DNA of 32,005 bases from an uncultured Oligoflexus sp. (GCA_964236955.1 CAXSGP010000052.1:1-32005), one strand, 5' to 3'. Numbered from the stretch's first letter, positions 7,636 to 18,500 are shown. The notes: generated by a model not told the origin, from the sequence alone. Numbers and translations are program-made.

Positions 7636-9435
7636 TCAGGCAAGCCGCCGGGCCAAGACCCGATAGTTATTGGACCAACCAGGCCTTTTAAACAGAGGGG
7701 CTAAGATAAGATCAAGGCCGCGACTGAATAAGAGTACTGGTAAAAACACAAGAAACACCAACTCGTGCCAGAATCGACCCAAGGCTTTGGTTTCAGGAAT
7801 CCACGGAACATCCACCGGCCTTGCCAAGCGATTGACCATAAGGCCGACCGACACCATGATATCCACCGGACGCTGGGCCTCACCCCGATGCCACTTGATC
7901 GGCTCAAAATCATGGGCCTTCAACAATCGCTCAAGATTGGCTACCGATAAAAAATGTTGATGCTGAGGCTGAAACCAAGGCAACCAATAGCTTCCGAATA
8001 TTTTACCAAAACGACAATCCGGATCCGGCAGCTCTATCATCAGGTGTCCACCCGGCGGCAAGACTTTCGCAGCAGCCTGAATCTCCGATGCAGGATCGCG
8101 GGTATGTTCGAGATAATGGCTCATACTGATGACGTCATATTCATTTTTCTGGGCCAGATTATCGGCAAGCTCAGGAAACAGGCCGCGATAGGATCGATCC
8201 GCCCAACCGCGCCTTTGGGCGGTCTCCACACTGCTGCTCAAATCCAGGACATCAAACCGGACCTCAGGCCAGATATCCCGCGCCGCGCTGCAAAAGTGCC
8301 CATGGCCACCGCCGACATCAAGCCATCGCGTAGGGCTGGCCGTACCTATCAGCATATTGGCTCGAGCATGGTAGTGGCCACTGCCGTGGCCAAAGACCCC
8401 TTCCACCTTGGCCTCGCCAAGACCATCGTAGAAATCCCGATAATAGAAGGAAAGCCCCTCAAATGAAAGCCGGGGATTTTGAAATTTATGATCGCAGGAC
8501 TCACAGCGGGCAATGATAAAAGTTCCCGGTTTAAATTGAATAAAGTCACCGGTCACCACCATTTGGCGAAGCCTGGTGGAGCCGCAAAGTGGACAATCCG
8601 TTCTCGCTTCATCAAAAAACCGCGCAGTACCCGCCGCGAGAAGATCTCTGTAGACGGGCCGCTCCCGATTCACAGCCGCCAGAGAATTGAATTTTTTGCG
8701 ATAGACTATCGCCTGTACGGCCGCAGTCAATTCAAAGACCGGCCTGAACAAAGCAAAAGCTAAAAGTTCTGGAACCTTGAGAATAGATCCGGCAAAGATC
8801 AGGACGGGCTGAAGGCAATAGACGAATAGTGCCAGAAGGCCTATTTTTGGAGCATAAACTAGCCCTAAAACCAAAAAGGTGATCTGTAGGAAAGCCATCG
8901 CCGCACCGATTTCGCCATAGAAGAGGTGAAGGAGCGATCCGGCAAGGGCATAGGCCCTGCGTGAACTCCTGATTCCAGGCACAACTGCGATATCGGTGGA
9001 GATTGATGAATACTTTTTTAGTTCATCGCAAAGTCTGGCAAAATCTTCGGCGCTTTGAGGCTCAATCCCCTGGTTACCCATGCGCTGCAAGACATCTTTA
9101 TGAACAAGAATGGCCTCGCCTATCACCAAGGATCTGGCGATGCGTGTCCGTCGGTAAGCCTTCAGATCAATCGTCTGAAGACAGACCAGAGCTTCGGGCG
9201 CCGGCAGATCCTCGGGCAGCATAATGAGAACGTCCAGCCCCTGAGCTTTTGCATAGGCCGACGCTGCACGCCGAATAGCCTGATCGAGGAAACGCCCTCC
9301 CCGCGTGATGAAATGATAGTCCGGTTCCGGCTCGAGATCACTGGGGGAAAGGCTTATGAGAGACTTAAGACGCCGCCGCAAGCGAAGCCCGTCGAATAAC
9401 CACAAAACCGCTAACAAACCGACGATCATGGACAT
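7636..9435 (-). CDS. membrane-anchored class I SAM-dependent methyltransferase with CxxC...CxxC Zn site and degenerate GT2-like N-terminal region
   Basis: WLDVGGGHG motif I, MSHYLEH.RDP, CPLC...CESC; N-terminal TM plus further hydrophobic segments; start MSMIVG with AAGGA SD. Confidence 0.85.
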   Translation of the reverse strand: MSMIVGLLAVLWLFDGLRLRRRLKSLISLSPSDLEPEPDYHFITRGGRFLDQAIRRAASAYAKAQGLDVLIMLPEDLPAPEALVCLQTIDLKAYRRTRIARSLVIGEAILVHKDVLQRMGNQGIEPQSAEDFARLCDELKKYSSISTDIAVVPGIRSSRRAYALAGSLLHLFYGEIGAAMAFLQITFLVLGLVYAPKIGLLALFVYCLQPVLIFAGSILKVPELLAFALFRPVFELTAAVQAIVYRKKFNSLAAVNRERPVYRDLLAAGTARFFDEARTDCPLCGSTRLRQMVVTGDFIQFKPGTFIIARCESCDHKFQNPRLSFEGLSFYYRDFYDGLGEAKVEGVFGHGSGHYHARANMLIGTASPTRWLDVGGGHGHFCSAARDIWPEVRFDVLDLSSSVETAQRRGWADRSYRGLFPELADNLAQKNEYDVISMSHYLEHTRDPASEIQAAAKVLPPGGHLMIELPDPDCRFGKIFGSYWLPWFQPQHQHFLSVANLERLLKAHDFEPIKWHRGEAQRPVDIMVSVGLMVNRLARPVDVPWIPETKALGRFWHELVFLVFLPVLLFSRGLDLILAPLFKRPGWSNNYRVLARRLA

Positions 9436-9596
9436 ACAATTTCCTTTGTCTCTTTCTCGGAGTCTATGATTCTGCGCCGTTCGTATGACTTTGGCCCTCG
9501 CTTCAAGCGGGCCGCTTCTCAAGGCTCTGAGCTCTGAGCTCAAAGCACGAGCCCAGGACTGTCGACCCGGGCCTGCTGGCTTGCCATACCACGAGT

Positions 9597-10802
9597 CTAA
9601 AAGCCAGCCTCGACAACACGTTCCTTTCGGGCCCTAAGAGAGAGGTCAATCAAAAGCTCGGCGGCTCTTCGGGACCCGCCGCTGGCAACCAGAGTTTCCT
9701 GCACGCGCCTCGCTGCCGCTCTAAATTCCGGTTCTTCCAGAATTCTCTGGGTTGCCATATAGAGATCAGCACTTTTCATGCGTTCAAAATGCAGTCGCAA
9801 GCCAGCTCCCGATCGCACCAGCTGTTCCGCAATAACGGGTTGGTCATCCTTGATCGGGGCCACCACTGAGGGAAGACCCTGCATCAGCGTTTCGCAGAAG
9901 GTGTTGTGGCCGCCATGAAAGATCACCGCGTCCACCCTCTTTAAAAGCTCAAGCTGCGGGATCATCTTTTGAACGATAAAATTTTCAGGGATTTCGCCGA
10001 GCATTTCCGGAGGAGCTGAGATGATGACAAGTATATCCTTATTTGCAAAAGCCTGTTTGACCTTGGCATAAAAATTCGCCGATCGCTCGGCATTGATTGT
10101 ACCGAGGGAAAGATAAACTTTTTTTCTCGCGCTCTGGAGACTCTGCCAGGGAAAGGGCACCAGCTCCCCTTCTTCACGGAGCGAAGGTCCGACGAACTGA
10201 AAATTGCCGGGCACCTCCTTATCGAGACCGACCAGTTCATGGGTCGAAAGGATAAGGACCAGAGCCGGAGAAAGGTCGGGCCGCTCCCAGCGCTCGAGTC
10301 CATAGGCATCCTGGACTTTGCCTAAAGTCTCAACCATCCATTCCTTGACCTTGGGAAACTGCACAATCGGATTAAAGACGGCAGCCGAAGTCGTTGCCAG
10401 TGTCGCCCAGGGAATATTCGCCGTGCGTGCGGCTATGGGCCCTGCCAAAGCCTGTTGGTCACAGAGCATAACGTCGGGCTTAAAGGAGGTGATCGCGGCT
10501 TTTACGCCTGGCATCATAGCGTGCGCAAGAGGCACCAGAAAATCTTCGTAAAAGAATTTAAAAGACTCCAGACCCGACACGCTTTGCGCTCGTTCTAGCC
10601 AGCCGGCATTGACATCGATGATTTCATTATCGTCCAGCGGAATGAGCTTGAGATCATGCGGCAGTAAAGCCCGCACCCGCACCCCGCAGCCTACCCAGGC
10701 CACTTCGTGGGAAGCGGCCATCAAAGCCCTGCCGATAGCCAGGGTTGGATTCACATGGCCCGCCAGCGGAGGAACGACGATGAGGTAACGCTTCGCCGTC
10801 AT
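9597..10802 (-). CDS. GT1 family (GT-B, MGT/UDP-glucosyltransferase-like) glycosyltransferase
   Basis: PPLAGHVNPTL, VYLSLGT, PQLELL, HGGHNT..E.L..GLP, DQP motifs. Confidence 0.93.
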   Translation of the reverse strand: MTAKRYLIVVPPLAGHVNPTLAIGRALMAASHEVAWVGCGVRVRALLPHDLKLIPLDDNEIIDVNAGWLERAQSVSGLESFKFFYEDFLVPLAHAMMPGVKAAITSFKPDVMLCDQQALAGPIAARTANIPWATLATTSAAVFNPIVQFPKVKEWMVETLGKVQDAYGLERWERPDLSPALVLILSTHELVGLDKEVPGNFQFVGPSLREEGELVPFPWQSLQSARKKVYLSLGTINAERSANFYAKVKQAFANKDILVIISAPPEMLGEIPENFIVQKMIPQLELLKRVDAVIFHGGHNTFCETLMQGLPSVVAPIKDDQPVIAEQLVRSGAGLRLHFERMKSADLYMATQRILEEPEFRAAARRVQETLVASGGSRRAAELLIDLSLRARKERVVEAGF

Positions 10803-10803
10803 T

Positions 10804-11670
10804 TTACAAAACCCCGCTTAGTCCGGCTTCATTGCCAGGGGCAGAACGAGTATCCTTGTGCGTATCGGCCATTAGACACTCAATCGAGTCCAAGATCCAC
10901 GCCCGCACCATCTCTGTCTTTTCCCAAAGCACAGAATGCGTGCTGCCCTCGACGACCACGAGTTCGCAATTCGGCATGACCCTCTCTAAACGATGAGCCG
11001 TGTCAAGGATATCAGACTCCCCGCCATACATCGCAAAGCAGGGGGTTGCGATGGACTGCAAAACTTCATCGTCAAGATAGGGGTCATTGCGAAGATCATC
11101 CATCAAACTCGTTTGATAAAGCAGATCCTTCGCATTCTCCACGAGTTTATTCGTCTTCCTTTTGCTGGCGCGGCCGGCCCAGTTTTGAAAGTTATCGACC
11201 ACCGCCTGATCCCGTTCTTCCCCTTGCAGACTAAAGGACGATATCATCTGCTGCTTCCAGGCCGCATCGTTTACCTGGGCGTCGACCAGCACCATTCCGA
11301 CGACTTGAGAGGGAAAAAGGGCCGCGAAATTCAGCGTGACGAGACCGCCGAAGCTATTGCCAACCAAAATCACCGGACGGTCACCGAGGATCGAGGCGAT
11401 CAGCTGCCTGAGATCGTTGACATGGTCAGCGATTCGATAGCCGACCCGGGGTCTATCGCTAAAGCCGTGGCCCCGCAAATCATAGACAAGGGTATCGGTT
11501 ATTTGCGCGACGGGATTTGCAACTGTGAAGAACCAGCTCGAAAGATTGTCCATGATCATGCCATGAACAAAAACGACAGCTGGAGGCTTGGCCTTCAGGC
11601 CACCCTCGTTTTCTTTGTTTTCAAGCAATTGATAATGTATAGACACAGTATCGACGTTTAGAAAACTCAT
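10804..11670 (-). CDS. alpha/beta hydrolase (possible thioesterase/acyltransferase)
   Basis: FVHG, YDLRGHG, GNSFG nucleophile elbow, C-terminal His (STHSV); ATGA overlap with upstream hydrolase. Confidence 0.9.
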   Translation of the reverse strand: MSFLNVDTVSIHYQLLENKENEGGLKAKPPAVVFVHGMIMDNLSSWFFTVANPVAQITDTLVYDLRGHGFSDRPRVGYRIADHVNDLRQLIASILGDRPVILVGNSFGGLVTLNFAALFPSQVVGMVLVDAQVNDAAWKQQMISSFSLQGEERDQAVVDNFQNWAGRASKRKTNKLVENAKDLLYQTSLMDDLRNDPYLDDEVLQSIATPCFAMYGGESDILDTAHRLERVMPNCELVVVEGSTHSVLWEKTEMVRAWILDSIECLMADTHKDTRSAPGNEAGLSGVL

Positions 11671-12425
11671 AGAAAAAAACCTCTTATCGTCTGACTCAGT
11701 TCTATAGGCTTTTCAGCCGGCAAAAAATGGCCGCCGTCGAGCCAATGAAGCTCAGCATTGGGAATATTCTTATGCAAACGCTTGGCGACATCGACAAGTT
11801 GCGAAGACGTTCCGTAGATCAACTGCACGGGTAAATCCAGAGCCTCAAGCTCATGATCGCTCACATCGCGCTCGTTTTTAAGCTGTTCCAGCAATGCGGT
11901 GCCACCAACTAAAAACTGCAGTCTATCCAGCATTTTTTTAGCCTGCCGGCCTGGCTTAAAGAGCATATCCTGCAGCTGCTGCGGTAATGCCGTCAGCATT
12001 TCGTCACCGCTCCGCGCCTGAAATTCCTCCATCTGCAGGCCACGCGCCGGCGGCAGCGGGCCTTCAACCATCACGAGTTTTTCTGCCCGGGACGGATAGC
12101 GACGGGTAAATTGCAGAGCGATGAGCGCACCATAACTATGCCCGATCAAAGCGGCCCTGGGAATTCCCTGTGCATCCATCAGCTGCCGCAGATCCTCGAC
12201 CATGGTCGCAAGATCATATCCAGACGAAACTTTGCCGCTGAGACCATGCCCCCTTAGATCATAGACGACGACACGATGAGTTTTGGCCAGGATTGCCGCC
12301 GCCCCAAAATACCAAGTTGCCATATTGCCAAGCAAAAGGCCGTGAATCATGACGACAGCCGGATTCCCGGCCTCACCAAGCACCTGATAGTGGATGTCTG
12401 CGCCAGCGGCGTTTAGCGTTGGCAT
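11667..12425 (-). CDS. alpha/beta hydrolase (possible thioesterase/acyltransferase)
   Basis: MIHG, YDLRGHG, GHSYG nucleophile elbow, GGHF catalytic His; overlaps ACP gene by 13 nt. Confidence 0.9.
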   Translation of the reverse strand: MPTLNAAGADIHYQVLGEAGNPAVVMIHGLLLGNMATWYFGAAAILAKTHRVVVYDLRGHGLSGKVSSGYDLATMVEDLRQLMDAQGIPRAALIGHSYGALIALQFTRRYPSRAEKLVMVEGPLPPARGLQMEEFQARSGDEMLTALPQQLQDMLFKPGRQAKKMLDRLQFLVGGTALLEQLKNERDVSDHELEALDLPVQLIYGTSSQLVDVAKRLHKNIPNAELHWLDGGHFLPAEKPIELSQTIRGFFL

Positions 12426-12724
12426 TGGTCGACGAATCCGACGATATCATCAACCTTGAGATTGATAATTTCATCAAGTTCCTTGCCGGCCAACCACGAC
12501 GCGAAATCGAGGCTTTGACCAAAGGTGGTCTGAAGTTTTTCAGAGAGTACTACGAATTCAATGCTTTCCATTTCCAGATCTTTGCTGAACGAGGTCTCAA
12601 GCGAGATTTCCTGATCGTTCATATCGACCGATTGACCGATGATATCTTCGATCAAAAGTTTGACTTCTGCCAGGATATCGTTTTTGCTTCTAGACGTCGG
12701 GACCGTTTCATTTGTTTGCAGCAT
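12413..12724 (-). CDS. stand-alone acyl carrier protein
   Basis: 103 aa acidic protein with F..DLEMESIEFV.L.E.L...FG ACP pattern; position within PKS cluster. Confidence 0.88.
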   Translation of the reverse strand: MLQTNETVPTSRSKNDILAEVKLLIEDIIGQSVDMNDQEISLETSFSKDLEMESIEFVVLSEKLQTTFGQSLDFASWLAGKELDEIINLKVDDIVGFVDQCQR

Positions 12725-12727
12725 AGC

Positions 12728-15526
12728 TCAACCTTCCATCTGACTTACAATATAAGTGCCCTGCTTGATACTTCGCACCCATTTCGAATGAATGCGAATC
12801 GCTTCGGGCCGGATTTCTTCTATAGGAAACTTTCTCGGATCGCCTTGCAGTCCGAAGCCCGTTGATTTTGCAAAGGCTTCCTTCGCGCTCCAAAAGCGGG
12901 TGATCCACTCTGAGCGGTTCTCACCGGGTAGCATTGCCATCTCATAGGAACTAAAGGCCGACTTTTCAAAACCTGGCGTACGGTTTTCAATCCTTTCGAT
13001 ATCGATGCCGATGGCCTCCAGTCTGCTGACGCTGGCCACGCCCATACCCGTTTTATGTGAAATGGAAACAGTCAGAGCAATAGAGCCAGGAAGCTCACTT
13101 ATCACAGGTTTGCCCTTTGCATCATTTTCGATCCATATTTCCGCCGGGAAAATTTCATTCGGATAGCCATTCGACCATAAAAAGTTCCGGATTGCGTCTT
13201 TCGCCGCGATACGTCCACAGAGCCAGGATTGCCTTTTATTGCCGAGGCTATAAAACATTTCACGTTCTGCTTCGCGGAGATAGCGTCTGGCAAAATCTTC
13301 GCACATCGTATCGGTGAGCGGCGAGCGCTCAAAGTATGTAAAGCCATCTTTTTGTTCGGACAAAATCGCCCGGCCTGGGGCTAAGAGGAAGTTCCAGAGA
13401 GCATCATCACACTCGAAACGCCATTTTTCCCAGCCTTCAATGCTTGCCCAAAGCGCCCCTTCATGTTTAAGCTGCATGCTGAACATGACATCGCGGGCCC
13501 GCATGCGGTCGCATCGAACGAGACAATCGACCTCACCATCGACCGGCTGCGGGCCGTAAAACGAAATATTGCGGATGCGAATCGGCATTGCATATTTATC
13601 GACGGATACGGCCTGCATCATCCAAACGCCTGCGATTTGCCCGACGTTATCGAGCAAAGCCCCAGGCACGGTCGACGCGCGTATCGTCCCGCGCATCCCT
13701 TCGTCGCCGACTTCTTGGAAAGCCGTAATCCCCTGATAGGCCGGTCCATGAAAGAGCCAACCGCCATCATAGACCCTTGCCGCAGGAATGGTCGAGGCTC
13801 GCCTATTCGTAAAGGCCTTCGCTTCGATCCACGGTGCCTTCGGATAATCATCAGCCAAAACTACCGTGCCTTTGAAGTGTCCGAGAATTTCAATCTTCAG
13901 GCGGTTTTTGCCGTCAAAGGAAATATCGATCGCGATCGTCTTCGGTTCGTTCACAGCGAGCCATTTCGAAGCCGAAATATCTTCGATCGCAATCACCTTT
14001 TTAGAAGCGAAAAGTTCTTCACCGAGTTTAAGCAGCATATCGATCGAGGCCGTCATAGGCATGACGGGGAATCGGTCCACGATATTCTTCCAGCCCTTTT
14101 TCTGCGGGTAGAAACAATGATCAAGCAGCTCCGGCCTATCCTTGAGAGCAAGGGTGCGTTCGATTTTTCTACGGAAGGGCCGAATACCCTGCATAGCCGC
14201 GCAGACTTCGCGGGTCGCTTCTTGAATATCCGCGAAGCAGCCTTCCAGTTCAGCGAGAAGGTCTTCGCCCATCGTATAGGTCGGCAATACAAAAGCGTCC
14301 TCGCTTTTTGGTAGAGCCCTGTTATGCGGAACCAGAGGCAGTACGGTTGCCAATGATGTATTGATCTCGTCAGTGTAGACGTCACGGGGGAGGTCGGCGA
14401 TGAGGTTGAGTTTGAGTGCCGATCCCTCGACGAATAGCGCAAGGCCAAATCTTTGCAATTGATCAAGACTGTCGCGGGTCGAGGCGGCTGTACTCAGACA
14501 GAGGTGAGGCATACCGCGCAGGGTATCATTGATAAATCCAGGCAAGCTGCCGGCTCCGACCTGAACGAAAACCCTCACGCCCTCATCATGCAGGACTCGG
14601 GTCAGCTCCTGAAACCTGACAGGCTCATGCAGGTGCTGGATGAGCAGGACCCGAATATCCGCGACATCACTTGGATAGGGGCTGCAAGTCGTCGCCGACC
14701 ACAAGGGTATCTTGCGAGGCGATAGCGCCATCGAACCGATACTGAGCCGGAGCGGGTCGAGATAATCTTTGAACATACTTGTATGAAAGCCGGATCGAAA
14801 ATCAAGCTTCTGACCCATAATACGCCGGCCACTCAAACGGGCGAGTGCCTGATCGATACTGTCCTCCTCTCCACAGATAATGGATTGGTGGGGACAGTTA
14901 TCATGGGAGATTTCTATTCGCGCTAACCCATCGATCGCTTCGCGGGCCTGATCGACGCTGCAACCCACAGCGGCAAAAACCACGCCAGGCACCGGTAGCA
15001 TTCCAGGCTGCAAAGTCTGGATCACCGATTCAACCGTATTGGCGGCAACCATACCGGCCCCAAAAAGACCGCTCCATTCACCAAGACTATGACCAAGAAT
15101 CAGATCCGGAATGATCGCGAGTTGAGCTAAAATCTTATTGTAAAGATCCGAGGTATAAAACACCTCGGCGCCTCGGGCTTCCAGCGTGTCGTCCACTGCG
15201 GCCGGTGGATTGGTTAGACCGAAGTGCTCGGCCACGGCCGCTGCATCGGGACGACCCAAGGAATCGATGCCTGGGTACATGAAGGCGAGTTTCCCGCCGG
15301 CCCAAAGCAGACCCTGGGGGCTGTACCAGATATCTTGCAGTCCATGACAGGCCTTGCCTTTGAGGATAATTTTTTCGGCCTTGGCCAGGCGCTCCGGAGT
15401 CGGATTGAGGATAGCGAGGCGAAAGGCGCCCCGGCTATCGATCGAACTCTTACCCTCACGCAAAGCCTCCAGCAGAAGGCTTTGCGTCTGGGCGGCAAAA
15501 ATTAAAACCGGCGCAAGGCGACTCAT
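12728..15526 (-). CDS. PKS/PUFA-synthase-like protein AT-DH-PPTase (no KS domain)
   Basis: AT GHSLGE and GFHT; DH LLDHCF...FPVMP, LFHGPAYQGI, LLD..GQ; Sfp-type PPTase GRIAAKDA, SISHK, GIDIE, FWSAKEAFAK; ATGA overlap with upstream PKS. Confidence 0.9.
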   Translation of the reverse strand: MSRLAPVLIFAAQTQSLLLEALREGKSSIDSRGAFRLAILNPTPERLAKAEKIILKGKACHGLQDIWYSPQGLLWAGGKLAFMYPGIDSLGRPDAAAVAEHFGLTNPPAAVDDTLEARGAEVFYTSDLYNKILAQLAIIPDLILGHSLGEWSGLFGAGMVAANTVESVIQTLQPGMLPVPGVVFAAVGCSVDQAREAIDGLARIEISHDNCPHQSIICGEEDSIDQALARLSGRRIMGQKLDFRSGFHTSMFKDYLDPLRLSIGSMALSPRKIPLWSATTCSPYPSDVADIRVLLIQHLHEPVRFQELTRVLHDEGVRVFVQVGAGSLPGFINDTLRGMPHLCLSTAASTRDSLDQLQRFGLALFVEGSALKLNLIADLPRDVYTDEINTSLATVLPLVPHNRALPKSEDAFVLPTYTMGEDLLAELEGCFADIQEATREVCAAMQGIRPFRRKIERTLALKDRPELLDHCFYPQKKGWKNIVDRFPVMPMTASIDMLLKLGEELFASKKVIAIEDISASKWLAVNEPKTIAIDISFDGKNRLKIEILGHFKGTVVLADDYPKAPWIEAKAFTNRRASTIPAARVYDGGWLFHGPAYQGITAFQEVGDEGMRGTIRASTVPGALLDNVGQIAGVWMMQAVSVDKYAMPIRIRNISFYGPQPVDGEVDCLVRCDRMRARDVMFSMQLKHEGALWASIEGWEKWRFECDDALWNFLLAPGRAILSEQKDGFTYFERSPLTDTMCEDFARRYLREAEREMFYSLGNKRQSWLCGRIAAKDAIRNFLWSNGYPNEIFPAEIWIENDAKGKPVISELPGSIALTVSISHKTGMGVASVSRLEAIGIDIERIENRTPGFEKSAFSSYEMAMLPGENRSEWITRFWSAKEAFAKSTGFGLQGDPRKFPIEEIRPEAIRIHSKWVRSIKQGTYIVSQMEG

Positions 15527-18500
15527 GAATAACCAAAACTTTCTGGGGAACCGCTCATAATCACGACCTGACGCGTGCTGTGGTCCCCGAAACGCAGTTC
15601 GTCCAAGAAGCGTTGTGACCCTATCGATGGAGGAATAAGGCCGATTCCTCGGCGTTTGTACTCATGTTCCAATTCCGCAGTCACCATCCCGGTGCCGGCC
15701 CAAGGTCCCCAGTTGATGGAAAGGGTGCGGCCTTTGACCTTCTTGCCAAGGCTTCGAGCCACGTGATCGAGAGCGTTGTTGGCAGCTGCATAATCGGTCT
15801 GGCCACGGTTACCAAAACACCCGGAAACGCTTGAGAAGAGCGCTACGAATTTTACATCGCTCTGCAGTTTCGCTTCGAGAACTTCCGCCGGATTCACCTT
15901 CGTTTCGAACACGAGATTAAAGGATTCGGGCGATTTTTCCAGGATAAGCGAATCGCGCAGAACACCCGCAGCGTGAATGACCCCATCGATCCGGCCCTGA
16001 GCATAAAGGTCATCGATCAAAGCTGAAAGCTTGGCCTTATTGCGTACATCAAAGCAGTGATAGCGCGTGCGACAGCCGAGGGATTCAAGGCGTTGAAAGG
16101 TCTCCCGCATCTCTCTGTCATTCATGATGCGCCGACATTCAGCTTCGATTTCCGAAGGCTTTTTAAAGCCCTTGGCCCGAATGAAGTGATTGCGCAGACC
16201 CTGGATATCCGCAATCCCTTGGGTCGCTGCATCTTCAGGCAGGACCATCGGCGTACGACCGACGATTTCAAACCGGCATCCGTATTGTTCGGCCAGCTTG
16301 GTGGCGACCTGGGCAGCGATACCCCGGGCACCGCCTAACATGAGGACCACAGAATTTTTATCAAGGGATAACTTTTCAGGACCCCATTCCGTAAGGAGTG
16401 GTACCGCCACGATCTGCCGCCGGACATTGCCGACATAGCCGACCTCTACCAAGGGATCGGCGGCCAGGAGTTCCGTCAGAACATGCTCGGCAAGACCATC
16501 AGGGCTTTCATTGAGATCGAGATCGATGATCTTTACGAGTTTGTCCGAATACTCTTTGGCAAGGCTTTTGAAAAGGCCGGAAATGCCACGGTTTTTATCG
16601 GTGCTGCTCGTACTTCCCGTATGCCCGAAGGTACCCCCACGACCGGTGACACCAATGATGGACTGAACGTTTTTGCGGCAGGCCTCCTTTATCGTCTTAA
16701 AGACTTCAGTCGCATGCGAACCAACCTCATCGAGTAGGGAAAGCAGGATTAGGCCGTCAGCGGTCACTTCACCTGCCGTTACCTGGTCGCTTTCATTTTG
16801 CTGAAGCATTTTAACTTCTGCGCCGCGTGCTTTTAACAGCTCGGCGAGACTGAGCGCAACGCCCTTGTGATCGACGAGCAGGGTATATTTGCGGCCGTAT
16901 AGATCTTGCCCTTCCGATTGGGGCAAGGGTGCTTCCTCAATTCGGAAAAGATACTGACTCACCAGATTTTCGATCGGTGCTGTTTCGGGAGCTGCCGCCA
17001 AAGCCGGAGCTGCCGGCCCGGTCACGAGCGGAGCCGAAGCTGCGGGAGCAGCCGTTTGCATCTGAGCTTCGAGAGCGCTGATTAATTGTCTTAGAGTCTT
17101 GATCCAGGAAAGTTTCTCGAGCGCGCCACGACTCTCACTCAATTGATCACCTAAACGCTCACCGAGTTCGGCGAGAATTTCAAATCGTTTGATGGAATCG
17201 ATACTGAGATCGGCTTCAAGGTCCTGATCGAGATCGAGCATATCCGAGGGATAGCCCGTTTTTAGACTCACGACGGCTAAAACCATCGCTGGAATGTCGA
17301 GAGGCTGAGGTCTTGCCGCGACCTTTTCTGCAGAGACAGGTACTGGAATGATCTCAGGTTTCTGAGATGCCTGCAGACTTGGTTCAGAGGCTTTGGCGGG
17401 ATTCTTAGCCAAGCTCACCGGAGCCACCCCTGCTGGCTGATCAGCGCCTAAAAACTGGAGCATCACCTGTTTCTGACTGTCAACCAACTGCCTCATCGAT
17501 TGAAGGTAGGCCTTAATCACACTTTCTCTTGTGTCATTGGCATAGAGGGAATTAAGGTCAGAATCATTTGGTCCAGTGGATGACATATTCAACGTGTATT
17601 CTCCCGGTTTCAACCCACCTTTGGGAATGGCGCCAAATTTTGGCTGAGAAAGATGGCCATTGACGAGCCAAAGCGTTCGGCTCGGTTCATGTTTACTCAA
17701 TTTTGTGAGATCGTAGCCTGCTAAACCACGCTCTGTATAAAGAACGTCCGTATTTATGGAAAAATTGAGTGAGGCAAGCTCAGCGATCAGGTCGAGGAAT
17801 TGTTCCAGGCTGTTGCCGTTGCGGCCAAGGGAACGCGTGACCTGCGGTTTACCGTCGAGAATACGTTCAATCAGGCCTTTAAGTACCGCTCCTGGCCCTA
17901 CTTCAAGAAAAATCCGTGCCCCATCGTTATGCATCTGTTCGATCTGCTGGACAAACTTCACAGGCTTCACGATCTGTCTCGCCAAAGAAGCTTTGATCGC
18001 ACTGGCATCGTGCACCAGGGCCGTCGTGTTGGAATAGATGGTCCTCCTGGGCGCCTTGAACTCGACTGTCTCCAGCGCGCCGGCAAAGAGGGCCTCCGCT
18101 TTGGCCAGGAGTGGTGAATGGAAGGCGCAGGATACCTGAATTTTTTGGGCGTTGAGTCCCAGTGTTTTCAAATGAAGAATAGCAAGTTCGATCGCCGACG
18201 TGGCCCCGGAAATTACCACCTGAGTCGGTGAATTATGATTGGCAATGCTTACATCGAGATCTTTGATGGCAGCACTCACTTCTGCCAGACCAGCAGTTAC
18301 TGCCGCCATCGAACCTTTGGTTCCCAGAGCAGCCGTTTCAATGGCCTTCGCCCGGGCTTCGCTAAGAGCTAACAATTGAGAGGGAGTAATGCTTTCCGCC
18401 GCACAGAATGCAACGAGTTCACCGTAGCTGTGGCCGCCAAGCAGGTCGGCTTCGATACCAAAGCTTTTCAGCAAAGTGTAAAACGCCATATCCACAATGC

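Noticed and set aside
13463..14314. 283-aa plus-strand ORF, and similar ones at 10993..11661 and 7954..8466
   Set aside because: Fully antisense to well-supported genes and without recognisable motifs
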